NCBI GenBank assembly: GCA_048939625.1
Contig: JBHLPH010000012.1
Span: forward strand, 1-32,985
Length of the DNA: 32,985 bases
Reading direction: 5' to 3'
Source: Promethearchaeota archaeon
Lineage (GTDB): Archaea; Asgardarchaeota; Hermodarchaeia; Hermodarchaeales; Hermodarchaeaceae
Position 1 is the stretch's first letter; each line of letters begins with the position of its first letter. Made by a program: the position numbers and the translations under genes. The notes under the pieces are model-generated. The model searched no databases. It was not told the DNA's origin and worked only from the letters and a program-made list of their open reading frames with translations. Of the stretch, positions 17,512 to 26,300 are shown piece by piece.

Positions 17512-18355
17512 ATAAGATTCTTTGCATCCGGAAAAGTTTATGGTGAAGCCTGTAACCCCGGGTTTCACAGAGATATGCAAGTTCTTCATTCTCATGAAAT
17601 GTTATTCGGAGAAATTCTGAGGCTGGATCACAAAGTGGTTGAAACCCGAACACAAAGTCATCAAATCCTGAAATCACAGTTAATTCAAAAGGAAAACAGC
17701 CGGGAAAGCTGGGTGTAAACCGAGTGGCACCAACGATAGTGTCTGATGTATCTTTGAGCGTATAGATGGGGTGTTCTCTTTGATGATATCGACGAATCGC
17801 CCCAATAGGAAGCGCAGTGGGGAAGAGGTCAGCAATTAGTTGAAATTCTTTGGGTTGAGCTAATTGAAGCGAAAAGGAGCCTTTAGCATTAAGAGAATTA
17901 AAAGGTACAAAATAATGCCATGTTTGACCGATTATTTGGAACCCGAATTTTTTGTAGAGTCCTTGGGCATGGAGGTTATCAACTTGGGTATAGAGCTGAA
18001 CCTCATGGACTGCTTCCTGTTGTTGAAACCAGTTGAGGGCATATTCCATGAGATAGGAGCCTAACCCGTGACTCTGCATGGATTTCTTTACTCCGATTCT
18101 ACCAAGATGACCAATCTCATCGGAAAATTTGCCCAATAGTAGATACCCAATTTGGTCATCCTTTTTTGTCTCTAACGCGAAGAAGCCGGGCATCTGGACT
18201 CGTTGTTGGAAAACCCTCTCACCAAGTTGGTCATCGACCTCGAAGATTTCAGCATCGAGTTGTTGAAAGGTGACCCAGTCGTCACTTTGCATCGGTCGAA
18301 TTGTTAGTTCTGGTGACAATATAAGCCCACAGATGTGTATGTTATTTTCTGCCAT
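17510..18355 (-). CDS. GNAT family N-acetyltransferase with a degenerate second domain
   Basis: Acetyl-CoA motif IGVKKSMQSHGLGSYLM and NLHAQGLYKKFGF; overlaps the end of ppdK. Confidence 0.88.
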   Translation of the reverse strand: MAENNIHICGLILSPELTIRPMQSDDWVTFQQLDAEIFEVDDQLGERVFQQRVQMPGFFALETKKDDQIGYLLLGKFSDEIGHLGRIGVKKSMQSHGLGSYLMEYALNWFQQQEAVHEVQLYTQVDNLHAQGLYKKFGFQIIGQTWHYFVPFNSLNAKGSFSLQLAQPKEFQLIADLFPTALPIGAIRRYHQREHPIYTLKDTSDTIVGATRFTPSFPGCFPFELTVISGFDDFVFGFQPLCDPASEFLRITFHENEELAYLCETRGYRLHHKLFRMQRIL

Positions 18356-21050
18356 ATTTGTGCTGGATGGCTGCCTGGGCAGCCGCTAACCGGGCAATTG
18401 GGACTCGGAAGGGTGATGCACTCACATAGTTGAGGCCGATAATATGAGAGAATTCAATCGATTTTGGTTCTCCAAAGTGCTCACCGCATCCACCGATTTC
18501 AAGATCTGGATTAGCAGCTCGTCCCTTTTGGATAGCCATTTTCATGAGGGCACCGACTCCTTCCTGGTCGAGGACTTCAAAGGGATTGTTGGGTAGGATT
18601 CCCAATGTTACATATTGTCGAAGGAATTTGCCTTCTGCATCATCCCGTGAAACACCGTAGGTCATTTGGGTTAAGTCGTTGGTCCCAAATGAGAAGAAAT
18701 CAGCATACTGGGCAACAACATCAGCGGTTAAGGCCGCCCGTGGAGTTTCAATCATAAGTCCGAATTTATATTCGAGCGGACAGTTCTTTTCTTTCATGAC
18801 AGCTTTGGCGACTTTCTCTAGTTTTTCGCGTTCAAGCATAAGCTCGTTAACATGACTAACGAGTGGAATCATCACTTCAGGATATACTTTGACGCCTTCT
18901 TTGCTAACGTTGCAGGCTGCTTCGAAGATAGCTCGAACCTGCATTTCAGTGAGTCCAGGGTAGGAAATACCCGCGCGACAGCCACGCAGACCCATCATGG
19001 GATTGACTTCCCACATGCTTTCGACGATATCTCTCAGCTTTTCGGTTTCTTTGAGCTTCTTCTTTAGGCGTTTCTTTTTTGCTTCAGAAGGGTTGCTATT
19101 TAGTTCAAGTTTAAGTTGGCAAATTTCTTCACCGAGTTCATCCTTGGTTGGAAGAAATTCGTGCATTGGTGGATCGATTAGTCGAACAATGACCTGGGCG
19201 CCATCCATTGCATGAAAAATCCCTTCGAAATCTTCACGTTGGAAAGGGAGAAGTTTATCTAGAAGCTTCTGTCGTTCTAATTTGTCCTCAGACATAATCA
19301 TCTTAACAACAATGGGGCGTCTTTCTTCTTCGAAGAACATATGTTCGGTGCGACAGAGTCCTATACCTTCTGCGCCAAATCCACGAGCACGAGCGGCATC
19401 CTTGGGATTATCCGCATTGGTCCAAACACCTAATTTTCGTATCTCATCAGCCCAAGATAATAGGGTAACGAGTTCGCTTTCTTCATCGAAGCTTGCTTCG
19501 ATGGTGGGGATTTCACCCTTGAACACTGCACCCGTAGTCCCATCAATAGAAATGCTATCGCCTTCACGGACGACTTTATCACCAACACGGAAAGTTCGGG
19601 CATCCATGTCGATGATGATGGTTTCACATCCTGCAACACAAGCTTTACCCCAGCCACGTGCAACGACAGCGGCATGAGAAGTCATTCCGCCACGTTGGGT
19701 GAGAATTCCTTGGGCTTCAATCATGCCATGCACGTCATCGGGATTGGTTTCAGGGCGGACAAGAATGACCTTTTCGCCTGCATGTCCCCTTTCAGCGGCA
19801 GTATCGGCATCGAAAATTGCTGAACCAGAAGCGGCACCGGGAGAGGCGTTCAATCCCCATGCGAGAAGATTACCTTTATTCTTCGCTTTTTCAACAGCCT
19901 CAGGATCGAACCGAGGATGAAGAAATTGGTCTATCTGAGCAGGATTGACGCGGAGAATAGCATCCTTTTTCTTGATTAGCCCTTCATTGACCATATCGAC
20001 TGCGATTTTTACAGCAGCAACAGCGGTTCGTTTGCCAGTACGTGTTTGAAGCATCCAAAGCTTTTCTCGTTCAATGGTAAACTCCATGTCCTGCATGTCG
20101 TGATAATGCCGTTCCAGCCGATCTGAGATTTTAAGAAATTCTTTCCAGATTTTTGGCATTTCCTGTTCGAGTTCAGCGATGGGGTGTGGAGTCCGGATTC
20201 CTGCGACGACATCCTCACCTTGAGCGTTTAGTAAGTATTCACCCCAGACAATCTTTTCACCTGTTGCGGGATTTCGGGTAAAAGCAACGCCTGTTCCACT
20301 GCGTTCACCCATATTGCCAAAGACCATGGTCTGAACATTCACAGCTGTGCCCCAATCGTGAGGAATACCTTCAGCATTACGGTAGGAAGTTGCGGGGGCA
20401 CCAAACCACGAATTGAACACGGCGCCAATTGCTTCACGTATTTGTTCCAAAGGTTCGTCAGGGAATTTTTTGCCTAACTCAGAATGGTATAGGGCTTTGA
20501 AATCTCGAACCACCTCTTTGAGCATTGATACGGTTAGATCAGTATCTCGCCCCCCGGTGGTTTTCGCCTTATATTCATTGAGAATAGCTTCGAATTTATG
20601 TCGGTCTATTTCCTTGACGATGTTGCCAAACATCTGAATCAGTCGGCGGTAGGCATCCCAAGCAACACGTTCGTTTCCAGTAAGTGCAGCAAACCCTTTC
20701 AAAACTCTTAGATTCAGCCCGATGTTGAGGACGGTGTCCATCATCCCTGGCATCGAAACGCGTGCTCCAGATCGAGCCGAGACGAGTAATGGATTTGAGG
20801 GATCTCCGAGACGTTTGCCAGTGCTAACTTCTAAGGCTTTGATCGCATCAAGTACTTGGTCCCACATGCCTTCAGGGAATTCCTTCTCATTAGCAAAGTA
20901 AGCGTTACAAGCTTCGGTAGTAATAGTAAACCCAGGCGGGACCGGGAGTTTTGCATTAGTCATTTCTGCAAGGTTTGCTCCTTTACCGCCGAGGAGGTCT
21001 CGCATATCTTTGTTTCCTTCGCTGAACAGATACACCCATTTCTTTGTCAT
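18342..21050 (-). CDS. ppdK: Pyruvate, phosphate dikinase
   Basis: LLGGKGANLAEM, SMPGMMDTVLN, AQGEDVVAGIRTP, phospho-His motif GGMTSHAAVV, GIGLCRTEHMF, FSFGTNDLTQ, CGEH. Start placed at ATG 21050 (MTKKWVY). Confidence 0.97.
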   Translation of the reverse strand: MTKKWVYLFSEGNKDMRDLLGGKGANLAEMTNAKLPVPPGFTITTEACNAYFANEKEFPEGMWDQVLDAIKALEVSTGKRLGDPSNPLLVSARSGARVSMPGMMDTVLNIGLNLRVLKGFAALTGNERVAWDAYRRLIQMFGNIVKEIDRHKFEAILNEYKAKTTGGRDTDLTVSMLKEVVRDFKALYHSELGKKFPDEPLEQIREAIGAVFNSWFGAPATSYRNAEGIPHDWGTAVNVQTMVFGNMGERSGTGVAFTRNPATGEKIVWGEYLLNAQGEDVVAGIRTPHPIAELEQEMPKIWKEFLKISDRLERHYHDMQDMEFTIEREKLWMLQTRTGKRTAVAAVKIAVDMVNEGLIKKKDAILRVNPAQIDQFLHPRFDPEAVEKAKNKGNLLAWGLNASPGAASGSAIFDADTAAERGHAGEKVILVRPETNPDDVHGMIEAQGILTQRGGMTSHAAVVARGWGKACVAGCETIIIDMDARTFRVGDKVVREGDSISIDGTTGAVFKGEIPTIEASFDEESELVTLLSWADEIRKLGVWTNADNPKDAARARGFGAEGIGLCRTEHMFFEEERRPIVVKMIMSEDKLERQKLLDKLLPFQREDFEGIFHAMDGAQVIVRLIDPPMHEFLPTKDELGEEICQLKLELNSNPSEAKKKRLKKKLKETEKLRDIVESMWEVNPMMGLRGCRAGISYPGLTEMQVRAIFEAACNVSKEGVKVYPEVMIPLVSHVNELMLEREKLEKVAKAVMKEKNCPLEYKFGLMIETPRAALTADVVAQYADFFSFGTNDLTQMTYGVSRDDAEGKFLRQYVTLGILPNNPFEVLDQEGVGALMKMAIQKGRAANPDLEIGGCGEHFGEPKSIEFSHIIGLNYVSASPFRVPIARLAAAQAAIQHKYGRK

Positions 21051-21249
21051 TTTCTGAGTCCTCACGCGCAGTTATGTTTCAGGTAAATTGTAGCATTAGC
21101 TCATTTGTATGAACAGCCACCACGACTTTGCAGGCAACTAATAAACGTATTGATTTTTCTGGTGACTAAACAAGGGAGAGTATATTAGCTTAAAGGGAAG
21201 CTAGAGGCTAAAATGAGGTACAATGCATCTCCGAAGGATGTATTAAAAG

Positions 21250-22602
21250 ATGCTTTCCTATCCACGCCGTATCTCGTATGGAATCGGACGCACAGGTTCA
21301 TCATTACTATTGACCTTCGTTGATTTCGCGGGTTTGAATATCTATTACTCATTCTTTCTGTTAAATCCGTTATATGCTGGGATTGCAAGTGCCTTTGGAT
21401 TTATTGTCATAGGACTTTCCCACTGGTACCTTGGATTTCGAAGTGATAAGACTGAAAGCCGATTTGGACGCCGACGCCCGTATATAATGATCGGAGCTCC
21501 CGCACTAGCGATAACAGGATTTCTGATATTTTTCCCACAGTGGATTATCCCACCGTCCCCCGATCCAGTCAATGATCCAACTTGGCAGTTGATGACATTC
21601 GGATATTATCTTCTGACTCTCGCCCTCTTCAAATTCTTTTATGCTTTCCTTATCACCGCATATCAAGCATGGTTGCCAGAGATTGCTGGCCCTGAAGAAC
21701 GCCCGAATGTTGGTGCGATTCAGAATACTGCAAACTGGGCTGGCACAGGCATCGGGATTGTTATTGGATTTATTTCAGGAATACTCTTCGTTCCTATTAC
21801 GGGTATCCCAACCGAAATTGGGTTTATTGTGCTTATCATGATTTCTTTGCTCTGTTTTCTGTTGTTTCTCCCTGCAATCTTTTTTGTCCGTACTCGGCCC
21901 GGAATTCAACCCATTGAACGATCAATGGTTGATGAGACCAAAACAGCCTTGAAAAACCCCAACTACGTGAAATGGATTTTTGTGGTTGGCTTCTGGTCCT
22001 TAACCCTTTCCACAATCACCTCAATCATTGTTCCGATGCTACAAAATGGTTTGTTACTGGATTTCACACAACTTATCATCGCTGCAGGTGTGTTTCTAAT
22101 CGCACTACTTATCGTTCCCTTTTTCTTGGCCATACTGGTCAAGCGGTATGGCAAGAAACGTATTCTCATGATTGCACTCCTTCTCTTAGCGATAATCCTT
22201 CCTTTCACAACGATTCTAGGTCTTCCTATATTTGGACCTGTTATAATCCAACTGATCGCTTGGGGTATTCCGTTAGGTAGTTGTGTGGCTGCCCTGTATC
22301 TCATGCGCTATGTAGTCATTGCCGATATAGCTCACAAGGATGAGCTTGAGAGTGGGCAGGCTAGGGCCGGAATGTATGAGGGATTTCAGGGGGTTCCACT
22401 GAATGTCTTTCAAGCAATTGGGTCCACCTTTCTGGGATGGTTCCTCCTAGTACTACAGGTCAGTCCTGGACCGCCTCCGGTGAACTTTGGGTTCTTCTGG
22501 TGGGGACCCGTGTTTGCTATCTTCTTAGTGATTGCTGCAATTATCCTCTACTACACAAATATTGACCCTGATTTCTCAGAACTTGAACCTGTGCCTAAAT
22601 AG
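21250..22602 (+). CDS. MFS transporter, GPH/MelB-like
   Basis: About 12 TM helices; GFRSDKTESRFGRRRPY, VKRYGKKR and ARAGMYEG. Confidence 0.9.
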   Translation: MLSYPRRISYGIGRTGSSLLLTFVDFAGLNIYYSFFLLNPLYAGIASAFGFIVIGLSHWYLGFRSDKTESRFGRRRPYIMIGAPALAITGFLIFFPQWIIPPSPDPVNDPTWQLMTFGYYLLTLALFKFFYAFLITAYQAWLPEIAGPEERPNVGAIQNTANWAGTGIGIVIGFISGILFVPITGIPTEIGFIVLIMISLLCFLLFLPAIFFVRTRPGIQPIERSMVDETKTALKNPNYVKWIFVVGFWSLTLSTITSIIVPMLQNGLLLDFTQLIIAAGVFLIALLIVPFFLAILVKRYGKKRILMIALLLLAIILPFTTILGLPIFGPVIIQLIAWGIPLGSCVAALYLMRYVVIADIAHKDELESGQARAGMYEGFQGVPLNVFQAIGSTFLGWFLLVLQVSPGPPPVNFGFFWWGPVFAIFLVIAAIILYYTNIDPDFSELEPVPK

Positions 22603-22613
22603 TGACGAAGATA

Positions 22614-22640
22614 AAGGTGGTATGGATTCTATACCACCTT
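22614..22640. terminator. Hairpin between the convergent MFS and cofC genes
   Basis: aaggtggtat-N7-ataccacctt, a perfect 10-bp stem overlapping the cofC stop. Confidence 0.55.
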
Positions 22641-23309
22641 GCCACCTCTTTTTTCGTCAACAAACAGCACCTGGAAGGTCTGTGCTTCCTGGATGACTTC
22701 ATCTTCTTGAGCTAAGATTCGCAATTGGCGTATGGCAGCACCATCGTCGATGTCTAATGCGGTGGCCATGGAATGATACACGATGGGATTGAGCTCATTC
22801 TTCTGAAGTTCTTTCATGTGTTTCTGAAAGCTTTTTTCTCCAAACTGGAGTTTAAAACCGAGTGGGTATGCGAAGAATAGGACATTTGTTCCCGAGCCTT
22901 TCCAATCCTTTGCAATGACAGGACGTTTTGATTGAAGCCCAGACCAAATTAGTTCGTCGAGTGTGGCCCCAGTGAGCAAGGGTAGATCGCCTAAGATAAT
23001 AAGGGCATAACCTCGTTGTGATTGACCGAGTTGTGTAACATATTCTGTTAATTCTTCGTTCAGCCCTTGAGAGACACTTCGATGAATTTCAAAGAGTGGG
23101 TCCGAAAAAGAAGCTAAGAAATCTTTGTCCTGGGTGACAATGACAAACCGTGAGATCAACTTTGATTGCTCTACGGCTTTGATGACATCTGTTAGCATGG
23201 CTTGCACAAGTCTTTGCCGTTGTGAAGTGTCCAGGCTTCGTTCAAGTCGGTTTTTGGTTGAAGGAAGGAATCGGATGGGAATGATTGCAATGATCTCTGT
23301 CTCAGTCAA
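22629..23309 (-). CDS. cofC: 2-phospho-L-lactate/PEP guanylyltransferase (F420 biosynthesis)
   Basis: IIPIRFLPSTKNRL, AMLTDVI, GLNEEL, GDLPLL, GSGTN, FGEKSFQKH and LDID. Confidence 0.88.
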   Translation of the reverse strand: MTETEIIAIIPIRFLPSTKNRLERSLDTSQRQRLVQAMLTDVIKAVEQSKLISRFVIVTQDKDFLASFSDPLFEIHRSVSQGLNEELTEYVTQLGQSQRGYALIILGDLPLLTGATLDELIWSGLQSKRPVIAKDWKGSGTNVLFFAYPLGFKLQFGEKSFQKHMKELQKNELNPIVYHSMATALDIDDGAAIRQLRILAQEDEVIQEAQTFQVLFVDEKRGGKVV

Positions 23310-23333
23310 GCTTTCAGCCTCTCAAGTCTCAAT

Positions 23334-24056
23334 TCATACGTAGTATTCATAGGGGTCATATTCCGATCCGGGTTTCGCCCGGTTGTGTCTAATTCGGATT
23401 GTGCGATATAGAAAGGCAAAGAGGAACCCACCGAGAAATCCGAAGACATGTGCACCGTGGGCGATACCGGTGCCAAAAGCTAAGAACATCTGGAATAGTT
23501 CCAAGAAGAAGTAGATAACAATGATATTCCAAGCAGCTGTTGTCCGCCCTGAATAGCCATAAATCCCCACGGGACGTCGGGGAAGCAGATATGCGTAAGC
23601 CGCCATAATGCCGAAGATTGCTCCTGAAGCCCCGATAGTGGGAATAGATGGTCCGACTGGATCTACTGCTATTCCAATGGTGAAGACGATTAGCACATGT
23701 CCTAGACCACCAATAATGCCAGCAAAAATGTAGAGGGCAATGTAGGTAAACGGGTGCATTTCTCGTTCAACTACACTTCCAAAAATGTAGAGGAAATACA
23801 TGTTAATTAATAAGTGAAAGAAATCAGCATGGAGAAACTGACTCGTCACTAGGGTCAGGAGCGCTTGCCCGGATACAATTTTAACAGGAATGAGAGCGAA
23901 GGTATACGTGATAACTGGAAACCCGATTTGAACTTCAATAATAAAAACGAGAATAAAAATAACTGTGTTCAGAAGGATCAGGGTGTAGGTCATATAGGAG
24001 CTGATTGGACGGATGTATTCTGAATAAGTCACAACAAGGCACTTCCTAATGACCAA
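23334..24056 (-). CDS. Rhomboid intramembrane serine protease
   Basis: TSQFLHADFFHLLINM, catalytic GASG and AHGAHVFG. Start uncertain (TTG 24056 or GTG 24032). Confidence 0.93.
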   Translation of the reverse strand: MVIRKCLVVTYSEYIRPISSYMTYTLILLNTVIFILVFIIEVQIGFPVITYTFALIPVKIVSGQALLTLVTSQFLHADFFHLLINMYFLYIFGSVVEREMHPFTYIALYIFAGIIGGLGHVLIVFTIGIAVDPVGPSIPTIGASGAIFGIMAAYAYLLPRRPVGIYGYSGRTTAAWNIIVIYFFLELFQMFLAFGTGIAHGAHVFGFLGGFLFAFLYRTIRIRHNRAKPGSEYDPYEYYV

Positions 24057-24165
24057 AGGGAAAGAATACTAGTATGTTCGCTGACGAGGAAAAGCCTATT
24101 ATGCTTTATGTTTGGATTAAAGACCAATAGAAAGGCAAGCAATTCTCTGCATGAGATAAATGTGA

Positions 24166-24549
24166 ATGAGTATGGCGCTTCGGGATTTTTTGTACCCTCA
24201 ATTGGAAGTTCAGCTAATCCTGGCTAGAAGATTGGATGTCGATGAAGTACAAGCAGGCCAAGGAAGTTTATCTAAAAACTATCTAGCCGTCGCTGCTAAA
24301 ATTTCGTTAGCTACTCGAGATGCGCAGCGATTAGGATTAAAGGAAGCCAGTCACGTTGAAGTTAAATCGAAAATCGGTCGGGTGATTGTTGAGGCTAGAA
24401 TAGTTGAAAATCAACCAGAGGGTTTAGTGGTCATGCAGCCCAGTCCCTGGGCTTTTGCAGTCATTAATGACATGATTCACAGCCAAGGAACAAAAGTTAC
24501 AATCAAGGCTAGCGATGAGTCTGTAACTACTATTGAATCACTTCCCTAA
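24166..24549 (+). CDS. FwdD/FmdD-like molybdopterin-dinucleotide-binding domain protein, divergent
   Basis: DAQRLGLKEASHVEVKSKIGRVIV...PEGLVVMQPSPWA matches the FwdD fold, but the TGR and PWAN motifs are altered. Confidence 0.75.
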   Translation: MSMALRDFLYPQLEVQLILARRLDVDEVQAGQGSLSKNYLAVAAKISLATRDAQRLGLKEASHVEVKSKIGRVIVEARIVENQPEGLVVMQPSPWAFAVINDMIHSQGTKVTIKASDESVTTIESLP

Positions 24550-24577
24550 ATTCTGTCTGCTGCGTCATAACCAGAAT

Positions 24578-26065
24578 CTAGGATTTCTTCTTAGGCTTTT
24601 GTTTCGTTGTAGATGGTCGATTTGTCCCAGAAATTGGTTTCTTGGTTTTTGAAGCGGTATTTTTTACTTCTGTACATAAAGGGTCGATTCGGCCACGTTC
24701 AAAGAGTAACCGGAGTCGCCAATTCTCTCGAATCACATCTTGGAGTTTCTGTATTCGTTCTTGGGCTTTCTGTCGACTGACCTTATCCTCAGACCATTGC
24801 TCTGATTTCGTTTGAATAGTCGATCTTTGTTCAGTGGGAGGTACCTTGATGACTCGCTCGTAGATTTCTTTCAGAGGAGCTTGTCGTCCGATCAGATGAT
24901 CATAAAATACTCGCGCCCTAGCTCGTTCCCAATCCCGGGCCTTTTCAATTTGAGATAGATGATAACTCTCCCTGGATACCTTCAAGACCGATTCAGGGCA
25001 GGCATTTTCACAGGCGCCACAGAAGACGCAGATATCCTTGTTGATAGCGATCTTGTCTTTATCACCAGTCGGGTAAATTGCCTTGGTGGGACAAATATTG
25101 AAGCAGTTTACACACCCAGTGGGATCGCATTTTTCGAGATTTTCGATTTCAATTTCACCTGTGAGTGGTAGAGAAACGTCAAGGGCTTCATAAGGGCACT
25201 TCTCAGCGCAGAGTGTGCAATCAACACACAATCCATCATCAATGGTCATTGAGCCTTCAACGATTGGGTCTTTGATAGTTCGCTTGGGGGCAGAGTCACA
25301 TGTGACTTTCACTGCATCAGAGGGACAGATTTTCTCACAGAGTCCACAATAATCACATTGCTTTGTATCGACCCTAATACCCACAGCTGGCAGAAAATCT
25401 GGAGGCTTTGGTTTTTCCTCTGACCAATAAATCGTGATGCATTCAGGGCAGAGTAATTCACAAAGTCCACACCAAGTACATTTGTCTTCATCAATTGCAA
25501 TGGTTCCTTTTGCGTCTGGCTTTCCCCCATCGACGCGCTGAGCCGCTTTAGGGTCTTTATAAGTTACAAGTTCGAGTTTTGACGTAACCTTGAGGTCTAC
25601 AGTTATTGCATCGCGAGGACAGATTTTTGCACATAGTAGACAAGGTGCACATTTTTCGTCATCGAGTTCATGCTTTCCTTTTAATCGAGAGTATTGTTTG
25701 TCTGCCGGAATATCATCAAACCGAGCTTCTATCGCATTGAAGAGACAAGCTGAGTCACAGAGCCCACAAAATGTACATTTATCTTCATCAATAAGAATTA
25801 GCGGTGCACCTTCTAGACGTCCTGCTGCGATTTCTTGAACTGGTCCTAACGTGATGGCATCCCAAGGACAGGGGAGACAAAGACTGCATCCCACGCAGCG
25901 AGAAAGATCATATTTGAGATTCTTGTTGAGTAAGGAAGTCTTCCAGTTGTACTGAATATTAGTGTCATCCAGTACTTCACTGGTGACTTTAGGGCGCTCA
26001 CCAACAGTGATACGGTCACGTTGAGCTTTAGTCATATCGTAGTCCCTTGGAAATAATTCTGCCAA
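24578..26065 (-). CDS. fwdF: Polyferredoxin, FwdF/FmdF-like (eight 4Fe-4S motifs)
   Basis: Eight CxxCxxCxxxC-type motifs; AITLGPVQEIAAGRLEGAPLILIDEDKCTFCGLC is FwdF-typical. Confidence 0.85.
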   Translation of the reverse strand: MAELFPRDYDMTKAQRDRITVGERPKVTSEVLDDTNIQYNWKTSLLNKNLKYDLSRCVGCSLCLPCPWDAITLGPVQEIAAGRLEGAPLILIDEDKCTFCGLCDSACLFNAIEARFDDIPADKQYSRLKGKHELDDEKCAPCLLCAKICPRDAITVDLKVTSKLELVTYKDPKAAQRVDGGKPDAKGTIAIDEDKCTWCGLCELLCPECITIYWSEEKPKPPDFLPAVGIRVDTKQCDYCGLCEKICPSDAVKVTCDSAPKRTIKDPIVEGSMTIDDGLCVDCTLCAEKCPYEALDVSLPLTGEIEIENLEKCDPTGCVNCFNICPTKAIYPTGDKDKIAINKDICVFCGACENACPESVLKVSRESYHLSQIEKARDWERARARVFYDHLIGRQAPLKEIYERVIKVPPTEQRSTIQTKSEQWSEDKVSRQKAQERIQKLQDVIRENWRLRLLFERGRIDPLCTEVKNTASKTKKPISGTNRPSTTKQKPKKKS

Positions 26066-26300
26066 GCTAGCTTTCCGAATCTTCGCCTATAACGCTTGTT
26101 GCCGTCCTAGTTACAGGCTTTAATTCGCTTTCGATATTCTCTGCGACTCAGAAAATAAGCACGTGTTACTACAAAACTGATAAAACTATATTCGGAACTA
26201 ATTCCTTTATGCGGGGGAACTGACACGATCCTCTAAGAGTATTCTGGCTAGTAATCGTGTCGCGATCGATAAAAATCGTTAGCGTTCTAGAATTTTATGC

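Noticed and set aside
18440-18500. PPDK C-terminal variant GGCGEHFGEP as a sign of inactivation
   Set aside because: The catalytic Cys, phospho-His and all other motifs are intact; this is probably lineage variation.
23334-24056. Rhomboid as a rhombosortase for the C-terminally anchored surface proteins
   Set aside because: The anchors at ~9000 and ~17400 share no GlyGly-CTERM or other common sorting motif, and the genes are not adjacent.
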